DNA of 60,856 bases, filler included, from Sphacelaria rigidula (taxonomy: Eukaryota): assembly GCA_964200075.2 (NCBI GenBank). It is 10 parts of 10 records of this genome, joined end to end, with 100 filler letters (N's around TTAATTAATTAA, not from the genome) between each part and the next. Parts side by side here need not be neighbours in the genome. Positions count along the whole stretch, not along the records: positions 24,385 to 30,380 come from CAXNAA020022932.1; positions 30,481 to 36,476 come from CAXNAA020022933.1; positions 36,577 to 42,571 come from CAXNAA020022934.1; 7 more parts are not named here. One strand, given 5' to 3'. Below the pieces are notes generated by a model. That model did not search any database, had not been told where the DNA came from, and worked only from the letters and a program-made list of their open reading frames with translations. A program made the position numbers and the translations under genes. Shown piece after piece: positions 24,285 to 36,799 of the stretch (position 1 is its first letter; each line of letters starts with the position of its first letter).

Positions 24285-26233
24285 NNNNNNNNNNNNNNNN
24301 NNNNNNNNNNNNNNNNNNNNNNNNNNNNTTAATTAATTAANNNNNNNNNNNNNNNNNNNNNNNNNNNNNNNNNNNNNNNNNNNNTGGCTGTTGGCATTTC
24401 GCTGTCGATTTTCAGCCGACGGCAGGGTTGGGCGGATGTTGGCACCTCGGAATGACAAACTTTATTCGTCGACACCGTTGTAAAGGATCTTGATAACCCC
24501 CACAACATTTTGTTTGTGGCCGAACCCGCACTCTCCATAACAGGGGCGGTCACGTAACAAGAAAAATGAAGACCCGAGCACCTTCGCGTCTCGTGTACGC
24601 GACAGTTTCGTTTACGTCCGAAGTTGCAATTGCAATAAAAAACGATAAAGTTGTTGAAAACAAATTCGTTTTTTTTTTGTTGAAAGCAAATTCGATTTTT
24701 TGTTATTAAAAACAACTTCGATTATTTTTGCTTCATGCATTATATTCAGTTGGTCGCTTTTTGCTGAGATGGCAATTTCGGGCACGGCTAAAACCGTGAC
24801 ATAACCCTAGAACGGAAAATCGCTGCGGCACGCATCAACGAAGAGATACGATCGTTCCGAGGTGTCAACCTCCGTCTAAACCTCATCTGCGCAATAATTA
24901 CTCATGGGAGGGCCAGACAGGCGATTTCCACCCAGACACGTTCTTACAAGCGATAAGTGGCCAAACAGAGATATTTTCCGTGGTACAACAAAGAAATACG
25001 AAAAAAAGGCGTTCGTTAAACCTGACATTTGTGACAGTATCGACAGAGTATTTCGCGTGGACACACACCCACACTGGGGTGCAGTATCGCATCTGCGCGA
25101 TACCTCAGCCCGCAGTGCTTCTTACTGTACACACCATTAGTGCGAGAAACCATCGGAGGGCGAGCTATCGCACCCGAGACCCGACGCGTTCGCGGACCCT
25201 GCACTTGCTGCCATCGTACTGGGTGGCAGGTGACCGAAGGGGTGCAACAGGACGGCGGTAACTCACCGCATCTGTAATATGCGGCGTAATCACACCTCAT
25301 GTATCTTCCGAGGGTTCAGTACCGAATTTTCAACTTATCAAGCGTTACTTTGTTTGTGGATTCCTCCACCGTGTCCACACCAACCGGCTTCAAACTTGGC
25401 ACAGAGGTACAACACAACACAGATAGCGCATACGCTGTTCGGCGGCACATGGTGGGGATTGCGCATTGAAAACAGAGCGAACACGGATTGTGGGTTATGC
25501 CGTCCATACGCCCTCAAAACGGCGTCTTTGCAGCCCAGACTGCGCGAGGCGTCGCTGGATGCATGTGCTGACACGCGGGTGCGCTCACTTCCAGGTTATG
25601 ACATACTACGCAGCTTCTGCGCCGTCAAACAAACATTGATATGTGCTGGCACACATTGTGACTTATGACATTTTGTGCGGTACATATTCTCCTACTGTCT
25701 GTACGAATAGAGGTCCTCGATTCAGGAGGCACGGCCGTGCACGCGCTGTCAGCTCTTTTACGCGCTGAAACCTCGCCCGCATGTCAGGTAGGCCATCAGC
25801 AACAACCTCATGAAGCTGAATTTGGAGTTGCGTTGTGGGTGCGTGCGTATCGGGGCGAAAAGATATCGGATTCTGTTCCGAATATTGTTTTTTTTTCTTT
25901 CGGTGCAAGACTGTCAAAGGGTGGACTTTTGAACGCCCAGGTGTGCCGATCCGTTGAACTGTCATCATTTTCATTTGACAAATGACCGTCGGACCCGGTC
26001 GAACGTGGGTGTCCATCTGCGGGGGCTCCAAAGCTTGATAAGAGACTGAAAAAACGTTCAGATGGTGACAACAATAGCGAAATCTGTTGGGCAACGCATA
26101 ACCGCAATCGCAATCATTACTGTTGAAACGCAACCAGAGCATAATCGTAGATACACGAGAGCATACCAAGACAGCCGAAATACGAAATCTACTCTTGTCG
26201 GGTCTAGAACACAATCCCCCCAGTTGAACTCAC

Positions 26234-27111
26234 GGTGCGAGCGTAACTAGTGCTTCGGCAGAAACACAAACCACCACCTTGTCCTCGTATAGCACCCAAA
26301 GTGTCAACGCCTGCCTAGCACTTCCGCCCACACCACCACCACCACCGCCTCCACCGCCCGTCCTCCCAAAACCGTCAGCCCCGCCGGAGAATTCCTCCCC
26401 GGATAGCGTGATGCGTACTACCCGCCGACGTCCCTGGTCGTTATGCGCCCCGCCGGCGCCTGGCGCCACCCTGTGAAAGCATCGTGAGAAAGTCGACGTC
26501 CAACTGCCGGTGTACCGGCCACATGAAGGGCTTGATGTTGAATATTGACTGCTGGTGGCGGCGCTGTCATTGCGCGTGAGGAGTGTTATGGTCCCGTCCT
26601 GCAAGCCGCAGGCCAGGTGGGCGTCATCAAGCCATTGGAGTGCGGTGACTGGTGATTTCACGGGACAGGTGGACACCTCGGTAGTGTTGTCGGTAGTGTT
26701 GTCGGCGGTGTTGTCGAGCGTCTTCGCTGTTCTTATACTGCTACTGCCTGAAGTTGACGTTGTAGCCTTGTTTGTGCCGCCTGATTTGTCCTTCGCTATC
26801 ACGACGCGGTATTGAGAAACGGGCTGAGATAGACAAGCACTAGAGATTACCCTTTCGCTCGCAGTCCTGGAGTCTAACGAGTCTCGCCTGGGGGATACGA
26901 GCGTGGTCTCATGTTGATGGTGGCTGTCTGAGAGCAAGTCGGAGGATGATGCTGTCGACTGCTCAGTAGTGCACTCGACTGCTAGTGCTAAGGTAAGACC
27001 CGAGGGTGATATGGCCGACACGGAGGCCTCTTCGTGCGCCCCGGTGATCGAGAAGCAATTCAGCTCATTGCCATCTTCATCTCTCAAATGTGGGATTGAT
27101 ACGTCTTTCAT
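26234..27111 (-). CDS. First exon of a probable Rab3 GAP non-catalytic subunit (RAB3GAP2-like, beta-propeller N-terminus)
   Basis: 293-aa ORF from ATG, ending CC|GTGAG. Contains AISPSGLTLALA, VTALQWLDDAHLACGLQDGTITLL, RVVRITL and LWVLYEDKVVVCV, resembling RAB3GAP2 N-terminal blocks separated by Ser/Thr/Gly insertions. Confidence 0.55.
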
Positions 27112-27626
27112 GTGTTGAGCGCCACGCTACGCGAGGAAAGGGTGTGTACTATACCGAGCGGGTGCGCCGAGAAGACTCCGATACTTGCTCGATATCATAG
27201 CTAACGAGTTGTGAAGAAAAATTAAATGCAAGTGGGACGCCTAAAGCCTTTTTCTAAAACAAATGAGGTTGGAAAATGACGATTGTTTTACGACGCGCAG
27301 TAACAAATTTACCAGGGGCCATATCAGGGGTAGCTCAAGCGTAGCTACATCTCATCTGCGTGACCGGAAGCATAGCGCGCGGCATCGTGCTCCGTGCGGT
27401 CGGTATTGTCTGTGCTTTGCATTGGGGGAAAGGGGATTCAGGAGGGCCGACCTGACCAACCATCTTCGCTCGTTGTTCCAATAGGGTACAAGCGTACAAC
27501 GCACCCGTTCGAGGAACACATCGGTACAACAAGAGGTTCGTGAGGCTGTCTCCAGCGGGACTCTAACGTGCGCCTGAATACAGTGGAGGGGAGGGGGGTG
27601 GTGGGGTTTGGAGTGTTTCAGCAGCG

Positions 27627-27720
27627 ATGGAGGTTATCGTACAGCGTGCACTAACGAAGATTGCCCAAGACTGCCCGAGGAAGCACAATGCACTCAAAAA
27701 GGCATGCAAAGAGACACTGG
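27627..27720 (+). CDS. First exon of a BIG/Sec7-family ARF guanine-nucleotide exchange factor (start of DCB domain)
   Basis: MEVIVQRALTKIAQDCPRKHNALKKACKETL resembles the BIG1/2 N-terminus (F..RALEKI.....K.H.QLRKAC..AL). Canonical G|GTGAGT donor. Confidence 0.7.
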
Positions 27721-29046
27721 GTGAGTCCAAGACAGACGGACAAATAGAACACAACCAGAGAAGGAGTTCAAAACACCGTTCTGTCTGTTCTGCTGTCGTT
27801 CGTTGTATCGCGAAGCAGGTCAGTCTTGGCTGCTGTACAACTATCCATGGCTGGAGTAGACAGCAACAGCAGTGGAGCGTGTAGTTGATGATGCCCTACT
27901 ACTTGTGGTGTCACGATGGCCCTCCATAGTCGTGCCGGCATGCGGGTTAACGTTTCGTTCATGCTAATTACAATTCTCGTTGTTCCATCACCATTGCAAG
28001 GGTTGGCTGCCTGTACTGATCGAACCCTCCTGCCCCTTCCTGGCGAACCAGCATCCACCAGGAGACTAAGACAGATCAGTCAACACAGACAATACGGACA
28101 ATACTCATATATTACCGAACTCCTTTTCTCTCCTACTCGAGAACCGTTACTTGATTGTACGACAGGAGTTGCGTTGTGTCGTTTCACCCCTTGTTACATC
28201 CGTGAGCGCGTCGGGAAACACCACAAAACCGTACATTGAATGTGCACGAACACCCAAGGGTACGGGACTGTCGCTGTACCATATTTTGGACAAACAAGCC
28301 GACATACTGCTTATCTCAAAGACGTGATGTGGATTATCAAGTTCTTCAATTTTTGCATCTTTTGTCGGTCATGTGCCCGATTCGTTCCGCACCGCGCGGT
28401 CGATGCACTGCACTGTTGTACGTGGAAGAGATGTGAGATGCGGGATGCAAGACGAACGGTCCTGCAGGCCCCTGGGTCCGACGACAGAACTATGGACAAA
28501 GCGAAAGATGGACATATTCTATCTCGCCCCCAAACGGGTTTTTGAGCACGGCATGCAAGATCAGAAGTGCACCCCCCAAACGACCTCTGTACTTTTTCAT
28601 GTTGCCTGACGTCTCGAACCCCATCATGCGAGAGCTCTGAGATCACTATTCTGTACAAGCGGCGCAGTCCCATAAAAATCTATCAACTTGAGTTGTGTGC
28701 TGGGCCGTGACAAGCCATGACCAGGTCGAAGACTGCAAAAACTTGTTGGGGCAGGGTATAGCGGTACGAAACTTCATGTGTCCTGGATTTCGAGAGTATC
28801 GCTGTAAATTGTCTATGTTGTAGTGTACCTTTCTGTCCTGTGTGCCGACTGTTCTCTGCCAGCTGCACTACTCATGTTCTATAGGTGTGCGGTGCTGTAA
28901 TGCTTGGACTCGGCCATTCTGAAGAATTTATTTTGCCTCGAGGACTCTCTAAGGCCAAGGAAGCAAGTCGTCGTTTTGTCAACACTTCGACGCCAACACT
29001 TTCTCGAATTTGCTTGGCATTACTCCGTTTGTCTATGCCATCTTTC

Positions 29047-29187
29047 ACACCCTGGACGAAGCATTACATGATCAAAAAGTGTACTGCGCACAGTATCCAC
29101 TCTTGCGTCTAAAACAAGGAAGATATATTCGATACTTGTGCTGCACGCAGGATACTTTTTGACGATGTAATGTTTTGTCCAGGGTGT
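29047..29187. mobile_element. Hairpin MITE (ACCCTGGAC family)
   Basis: ACACCCTGGAC.AA.CATTACAT..TCAAAAAGT ... ACTTTTTGA.GATGTAATGTTTTGTCCAGGGTGT; flanks GCCATCTTTC / TCCACCTCTC (7/10). Confidence 0.7.
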
Positions 29188-30505
29188 TCCACCTCTCTGC
29201 TTTCTGCACTTTTTTTCAGCGAGTTTTTCCGTCTTGATTTATCTCGGGTACGTCCATCACGTGACTAATGTGACCATAACTGAATCCCTGGGGGGTAAGT
29301 TAATATACGACAATCAATCGATGAATCATTGCGCGCTTGGCAGTAAAGTTGATGCCAAAATGCTGTCACACAAACGTGCCTTGTGGTATATAGCATGGGG
29401 AACACTTGGGCATAGCCATACGAGTTTTTATGGTCGCCCAATAAGCCCTGTCGCCTCGCATCTATTTTTTGCTCAAGTCAGTGCGCATTTCGTTGTTTAC
29501 CATACTATTAATATCCTGCTCATGTGCTGCAAACCGCGGGGCACGTGGCAATATTCCGGAGGAGCCATATCCCGACCTTCAACTCGAAAAAACAGGGAGA
29601 AGGGAGGGAGAAGAGCCATGTGGAGCAGGAGGGGGCTACGCATAATGTTATTTTCCACCATATCGCAGTTGACCTCAGTTATTATCCAGGAAAGGAAAAA
29701 ATGTCTGGGTGCAAGCTGGGCGCGCTGTCCCGGCCATGAGAACTCCGTATTATGCCCCAATAAATCGACTCGGTGGGCGGGGAACGCATGACTTCTGGAG
29801 GAATAGTTATACCCCCCCCTTGCTGCAATTGGTGTTTCCTTGCTGCCGTACTGCTGCCATTTACGCGGAAAACAATCTCTGGCTATGTTGGGGCACCTAC
29901 TTGGCAAGGAGGAAGGATAGATAACGAGTGTGCAACAACAACTCCTTGAGTTGTGTCGCTGAATATTGTTCTGGATTTTGAAAATGAAAATGCGTCCTTG
30001 CTACGAGATTGATAAGACCCGACTATTAGTACGCAGACACAACTCTAGTTCTTGTTCGTCACCTCATTACTCCGCTCATCTTCTTGGCCGCTCCACGGGT
30101 CTCGAACATGTCTTTCCCTCCCTAAATTGGTAGCCTGTTCATCTGTTCATCCGCGTGAGTGTCAGCAAAAGTACTGTTCCAAGATGAGGCCAGCCAACGT
30201 TTCTGCGCACCCGCTAAACCGTGAGCCAAAGTATTGCTCCGAAACAATGTTCGCACCTGAGCCCCTCGACTGCGAGCTGACGGCCCCGCTGGTGATCAAC
30301 GGGGGGTGGGTGCACCGTCGTGAAATGAAGACGGGGGGGGAGGGGGGGGGGGGACTCATGATCATGCATGCCATAGTCATNNNNNNNNNNNNNNNNNNNN
30401 NNNNNNNNNNNNNNNNNNNNNNNNTTAATTAATTAANNNNNNNNNNNNNNNNNNNNNNNNNNNNNNNNNNNNNNNNNNNNCCCCCCCCCCCCCCCCCCCC
30501 CCCCG

Positions 30506-30762
30506 TGTTCGAGTGATTCAGATACCCAGTAATGCTGGATCCACGTAGAACCGGGGGTCGGGGTGACGTACGAGTACCGACAGTCACGTGTGTGCAAATG
30601 TGGTACAGTACGCCTGAGAGTAGCGGAGCAGTCCGCCACCCTAGTTCATTCTCATTCATTTACTCACCATCTCATCAGCACTCTCCCAAGTTATGGTAGA
30701 ACTTGGGTGCTCTTCAAAAACATATCTGAAACCATTGCCCTGTGCGTGAGCCAAGGAATACA
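30506..30762 (+). repeat. 5' LTR
   Basis: TGTTCGAGTG...GGAATACA; about 13 substitutions versus the 3' LTR (manual count). Confidence 0.95.
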
Positions 30763-30859
30763 CTAGTGATCAATCGATTGGGCAAGTATGGCTAGGAACG
30801 ATGGTAACGCTCCGTCTTCAGAAGACAGATGAGACAGGCTCGCAAGTCAGCTTGAAAAT

Positions 30860-32002
30860 ATGATGAGTCTGTTCAGTGGTCAGTATAGCACACTGACAGA
30901 GATGGTAAAGTATGTACAATTTACACAGACTGTAATACAGGGTAGGGTAGATGGCATCGAAGATCGAGAATCCGGAGGCGCGAGGTGGAGTGGCGTCGTC
31001 GAAAGCGAAGAAGATCAAGCAACACAACAACACCGGGCTGACAGCGCAGCCAACCACAGCACACCTCAAGGCCGAAGATGTAGCCGAGAGGCCGAGCAGG
31101 GAGCTCCGAGCGGGAGCGACCACAGGACAGCAAGCGACGGAGCAAGGAGTGTAGACCCCGCAAGTGAGTCCGTCGCAATGTTCGATCACGACCGACAAAG
31201 TGCCCGAAATATTTCTGGGGTCCCGGTTTTCAAGGCAACTCTACCTGAGTTCTCTGGAAAGGGTTCAGAGTTCAACCACCAAAGTCACGAACTAATCATG
31301 TTTGCTAGGAGCGAAGCAGTTGATAGGGTGTTTACTATGTCAGAAGATAGGACATATGATGTGGAGGTGGGACACAAGGCGTTATCCTTGAGTTATCTTG
31401 AAGCAAGGCACGGAAAGGGCACTGTAGCTGCAAACGTGAGAGCGAGGCAAATGCTGGCAGCGAGTCTCGAACATAAGCGGGACCGGGATGTTTTGTTCCA
31501 AATTCCGTCTTCAGCAGACGTGTGGCGTAAGGTAAATGATTTCTACAGTCCCAAGACCAACGGAGCTAGATTAGCTCTTTTAGAAAAGTATGATCCCGTA
31601 AAGATTGGAGTTCGCGATGATCCTGTTCAAAAACTAATCGAGATGGAAGAGGTGGCGAAAGAGTTACAGTCACACGACACCAACATCATCCTGACGGAGG
31701 CGCAAACCCTCCTCAAATTTGTCAATGCGCTTCCTTGCGAGTATAGCCATCCAAAACAGGCGTTGGAGGAGCGCGAAGGTCCGGTCACGAGGGAAGTCGT
31801 AGTGACGTTGGTTCGAAAACGTTTCGAATCGGCACTTTTCAAGCAGGAACTCGCCAAGGAGAAGAAGGCTTCCCCGGGCGACCAGACCCTTGCTGTCAAG
31901 GGCCATCCCGGCAAACCTAACGGTTCACACCGGAAAGGTAAACCGGGAAAGACCCAGAACCCAGGCCACGCAGGGGATGGGGGGCAGGGCAAGAACAACT
32001 AG
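30860..32002 (+). pseudogene. Copia gag (interrupted; zinc knuckles follow at about 32050-32155 out of frame)
   Basis: 380-aa ORF with SSADVWRKV..FY, KFVNALPCEY. Downstream CQVCQKMTTHRARDC and RCGKRGHSLFDC. Confidence 0.85.
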
Positions 32003-32071
32003 TCGCCGGCTTCATCGTCAACGAACCAGTCGGGGGCTGCGACGCCGTGGAGGTGCCAGGTTTGTCAGAAG

Positions 32072-33705
32072 ATGACCACACATCGGGCGAGAGACTGTCC
32101 AGACAGGCGTGGTATTAGGTGCGGGAAGAGAGGGCATAGCTTGTTTGACTGTCAGAGCACTGTGGAGGACGCGGTGACTGTGGAAGACGCGGCGATTGTG
32201 ATGGGCGTAGCGGAAGACGTGGTGGACGACGACTCCGTCTCTTCGGATGCTGATGAAGAAGCGTTTACCAGCCTCGATATGACGGTGGACGAGGTCAACA
32301 CAGGCGAGTATGCGTTTGCAACTGGGAAGGGAAATGTAGAGCAGTCAGATGGGGGCGAACCGTGGGTACTTGACACGGGGGCCACTTCGCACTTTTCTCC
32401 TGATTCAAGTAAGATGACGGACTATAGAAAATGCAGTGGAAGGGTACTACGGTGTGCGGGCGCGAGCAGTTGAGCCAGCTTTCAGAGTGTTTGTTGATCT
32501 CACAGGCCCAAAACCAGTTAGATCTCGGGGAGGAATGTCGTACATGATGACAGTACGCGATGATTGCTCGCGGCACACTAGATTGTTTTTCCTGCGCACA
32601 AAAGACGAGCCCGTACAGTACTTTAGTAAATACATGGCAGAAATTCACCCGCGAAAAATCGAGAAGGTCCGCAGTGATGGTAGAGGTGAATTTTCGGACG
32701 AGGCGTTCGAGGAGCTATGTGATAGAGAGGAAACAAAACAAGAGGAAACAACTGCTGACTCCCCACAGTTCAACGGCATAGCGGAGCGTGCAATTGGCAT
32801 CGTAGAGTCGGCCGACCTTGCAGCCAAAATTCAGGCATTGGAGATGTACCCGAACCAGAACATCCCAACTAGTAAGAATCTATGGGCGGAACATGCTAAC
32901 TGGGCACGCCATGCTTTGAATTGTACTGCGACCTCGGCTAACCCGGGAAACAAGACGCCACACGAAATGTGGCACGGAGTACCACCGGAAAACAACCTTC
33001 TTCCTTTTCTAAAGCCAGGATTTTGTAGAGTTCAGAGCACAGACAAGTTACAACGAAAAGCTCAGAGGTGCCGGTACCTTAGCCCAGCCCCAGGATACCC
33101 GTGCGATGCTATGAGAGTGATGGCGGAAACAGGACAAACTATTACGACCAGGCACGTAACATGGGCGTATGTCCCCCCTACTCCTCTCCCTGCTCGACAG
33201 CAAGCGATCCCAACGCCCGACGGAGCGAGGGATGAGAAGATCGAGGGAGGGACGGCCGGCAGCGAGTCCGTGGAACGGCGAACTCCGGCGGGGCATGCTT
33301 CACCCCGCGGTTCACGGCACGCGTCGTTCTTGCTCATCAACCCAGAGCTGGACGCAGAAGCGGCATAACCCCCGCTATTGGCGGGGGGGGTGAGATGACC
33401 CCGCCGCTTCCTTGCAGAAGCGGGGGGGGGCGCGGGATTATACGCAACCCTGTCAGACATCTCATTGATGACGGGGGATCACCGCCGACAGCCACATCGC
33501 CGCCGGCAGCTACATCACCGCCGCCAACGCCGACAGTCACGTCGCCGCGGACAGCTACGTCGCCGCCGACAGTCACGTCGTCGCCGACAGCCACATCGCC
33601 GCCGACAGCCACACCACCGCCGCCAGCCACATCGCCGCCGGCAGCTACATCACCGCCGCCAACGCCGACAGTCACGTCGCCGCCGACAGCAACATCGCCG
33701 CCGCC

Positions 33706-33736
<31 letters not shown>

Positions 33737-35793
33737 ACAGAGACAACGTCGCCGCCAACGCCGACAGCAACAACACCGACAATCGTAGACACCCCCGAGC
33801 GCAACGACGGTGGGGCGGTGGAGCTCCCGAAATCTCAAGGACGCAGCTACGCCGTCTTGCACTCGACGATGAATTGTCTCTGCCTCCACAAATGGCAGGT
33901 CGCACGCGCAGTGCGACGAGAGCGACAGCCGACCAAAATGAGCAAGCATCGGCGGCAGAGGAACTGGAAAGAATGCTGGCGTGGGAAAGAAACGAAATTT
34001 TCTCCCGCGCAATGGCGAGGGTTCAGGCGAGGGCTCAAGCGGAGACTGTGCTGTATGGAATGGCAGAGGATAAGTGCGGGATGATGGAGCTGATCACTGC
34101 AGCAGCCGGACCAGAGGTGGGAGGCAGCGCGGCCATGTTGATCGAAGAGACCTTTGCGGAGCAGGAGCATTTTTGTTTTTCAGCTGAAAACGGGACAGAG
34201 GAGGAGCCCAGTTTTGATTTGCGTTCCCCCATCGGTCTGCACGCGAGAGATGTGGAAACTTCCCCCGTAACAGTAGAAGACATAGAAAAGTCGGAATACA
34301 AGGAAATATGGTTCAGTGCCATGCGTGCAGAACTGAATGGGTATGAAACCGCAGGTACATTCTCAAACGGAAAAATTCCAAAAGGAGTAAACATAATCAC
34401 AGCCAAATGGGTGTTGACTTGGAAAACCGACGCTAAGGGTACTGTAGCTAAAGCGGAAGCTAGATTAGTGGCGCGTGGGTTTGGCCAGAGAATCGCCGTG
34501 GATTATTTTGAGACGTTTGCAGCCACCCTGGCGATGACATCAATAAAATTGGTCATGGCCGTGGAAGTACAAAGAGGATGGCCGCACTATATCACTTCGA
34601 CGTTACCCAGGCTTTTGTACGAGCCAAAATGGAGACGAAAGTGTTCATGAAGCTCCCAGAAGGGTGTGGCCCGTTGACAGGTAGCACGGTGAGGCTAGAA
34701 AAACCTATATACGGCGTGAAACAAGCAGCAAGGCAATGGTCCCTCCTCCTGAACAAAACACTGATGGAGGATGTAAAAATGTCGCAAAGTAAGGCTGACC
34801 CGTGTGTACAGACTGGAGGAAAGGGGGGAAGTGTGTGCCATACTTGTTGTGCATGTGGACGACATTCTAATTGGGGGAAAAACGAAAAGAGTGAAGAGGG
34901 TATGTAATATCCCAAACAACACATTCCCAACGAACAACTCAGGTGAAGTCCAGTGGTATATGGGGTGTGCCATAGAGAGGAATTGGAAAAGAGGTACCAT
35001 GTAAATGAATCACACGACCTTTGTCGACACCATGCTGACGCGTTTCGAGGTTCCGGAATTTTCTGATATTCCCGCATCAATGTCTGCAGATTTGGGACCG
35101 GTGAAGCAAGGTGATGAGGTTTCAGATACGCTATACCGGAGTGCCGTGGGAGGTCTGATGTGGTTGCCTGGGGTAACCAGGCCTGACATAGCAAACGCAG
35201 CCCGAGACCTGGCCCGACAATCACATGACTCATGTGAACGACACTGACGAGGGGTGTTGAAAGTTCTGGCGTACCTCAACACGACCAGAAACTACGGTCT
35301 GACTTTTAGTTCAGGGGAGAGTAGGCTCACAGTCTATTGCGACGCTGATTATGCCAAGAAAGATACAGACCGGCGGTCAGGTCCCGGTGTAGCTGTCATG
35401 TACGGGGGAATAGCAGTATCAAGTACTAGTCGAACACAACACTGAGTTACCCTGTCAACCACCGAAGCCGAGTACGTACCTATGGCGGAAGGGGCGAAGG
35501 AATGCATGTTTGTCAGGTCGGTACTGTCTTTCCTACGACCAAAGGTCGTCTTGGGACGACAAGTAGAGTACGATATTGCTCTCTATGAAGACAATGAGGA
35601 GGCTAAAGCTCTAGCCGACAACCCTCTCAGCTCAGGTCGAAGTAAGCACATCGACGTGAGGTGGCATTTTATTAGGGACTTGGTGAGGACGGGAGCAGCA
35701 AGGATTGTTCATGTGGATTCGGAATGGCAACACGCCGATATCCTTACAAAACCGCTCCCATTCACGCTGTTCAACAGGCACCGTCGGCGTTGA
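32072..35793 (+). pseudogene. Copia pol (protease, integrase core, RT, RNase H), frameshifted
   Basis: WVLDTGATSHF; VFVDLTGP, VRSDGRGEF, PQFNGIAER; KWVLTWK, ARLVARGF, HFDVTQAF, YGVKQAARQW, VHVDD; YCDADYA, STTEAEY, HIDVRWHFIRD, QHADILTK. Confidence 0.95.
33480..33785 (+). repeat. GC-rich ~18-21-bp tandem array encoding (TATSPP)n in the IN-RT linker
   Basis: Repeated GCCGCCGACAGCCACATC-type units plus a (GCC)n run. Confidence 0.9.
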
Positions 35794-36126
35794 TGAACAC
35801 TGGGGACAGCGAGTAGACACATATCTTGTTTTGTGTGTGTCTTTCGATTTATCAGCTCTAGATGTTTCAGGTCATGGTTTCCGTAATGCATCTGCGCTTA
35901 CATCGGGTGAAGCCGTTCACGCTACTTTGTGGGGCATGGGTTTGTAGGGTGTTTCCCGTTGTTGAGTGCAGGTGCCCTGGCCTGGACGTCTGCGAAAAAG
36001 GGCTGTTTGTTTTGAGCACAGGCGGTGAATTTTGTGTGATAGGGGGGTTTTGCTCGGAAGGTCGAGTTTCCTCCTTGATTTTTTCTTCCTTGAGCTTTGA
36101 GTGCTGAGGTATCCGATCAGGGGGAG

Positions 36127-36383
36127 TGTTCGAGTGATTCAGATACCCGGTAATGCTGGATCCACGTAGAACCGGGGGTCGGGGTGACGTACAAGTACCG
36201 ACAGTTAAGTGTGTGCAAATGTGGTACGGTACGCCTGAGAGCAGCGGAGCAGTCCGCCACCCTTGTTCATTCTCATCCATTTACTCACCATCTCATCAGC
36301 ACTCTCCCAAGTTATGGTAGAACTTGGGTGCTCTTTAATAAAAAATCTGAAACCATTGCCCTGTGCCTGAGCCAAGGAATACA
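36127..36383 (+). repeat. 3' LTR
   Basis: Direct repeat of 30506-30762, same length. Confidence 0.95.
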
Positions 36384-36799
36384 CCCCCGCGCCGTCCTGG
36401 TAGACACCCATGAGGCAGTGTTGAAGCCGTGGCTGTCTCTGGAAGTGACGATACCACAGAATAAAGCAACTCATTGNNNNNNNNNNNNNNNNNNNNNNNN
36501 NNNNNNNNNNNNNNNNNNNNTTAATTAATTAANNNNNNNNNNNNNNNNNNNNNNNNNNNNNNNNNNNNNNNNNNNNCCGAAGCCTACTGCTTATCTTGCA
36601 TTTGGATGACAGCCAACAATGAGTTGCTTTATTTTCTGGTATCTCCACTTGGAGGGTGGGTGGGAGGAGCGTACTCATTTGTTGCTTGCCTTAGTCGTGT
36701 GACCATTGAGCACGCATCCCTTGCTAGGCGGAGCACCGTGCCTACTCCTAATAGAGACACCTCCAACATTCAGGCGCTTATCATATTTCTTCCATACAA

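Larger units (their letters stand above)
30506..36383 (+). mobile_element. Near-full-length decayed Ty1/copia LTR retrotransposon
   Basis: Two 257-bp TG...CA LTRs, PPT AGGGGGAG before the 3' LTR, domain order gag-PR-IN-RT-RH, flanked by CCCC(G) on both sides. Confidence 0.97.

Noticed and set aside
33337..34084. Gly/Val-rich, Arg-rich and extensin-like ORFs as host genes
   Set aside because: Alternative frames of the tandem array inside copia pol.
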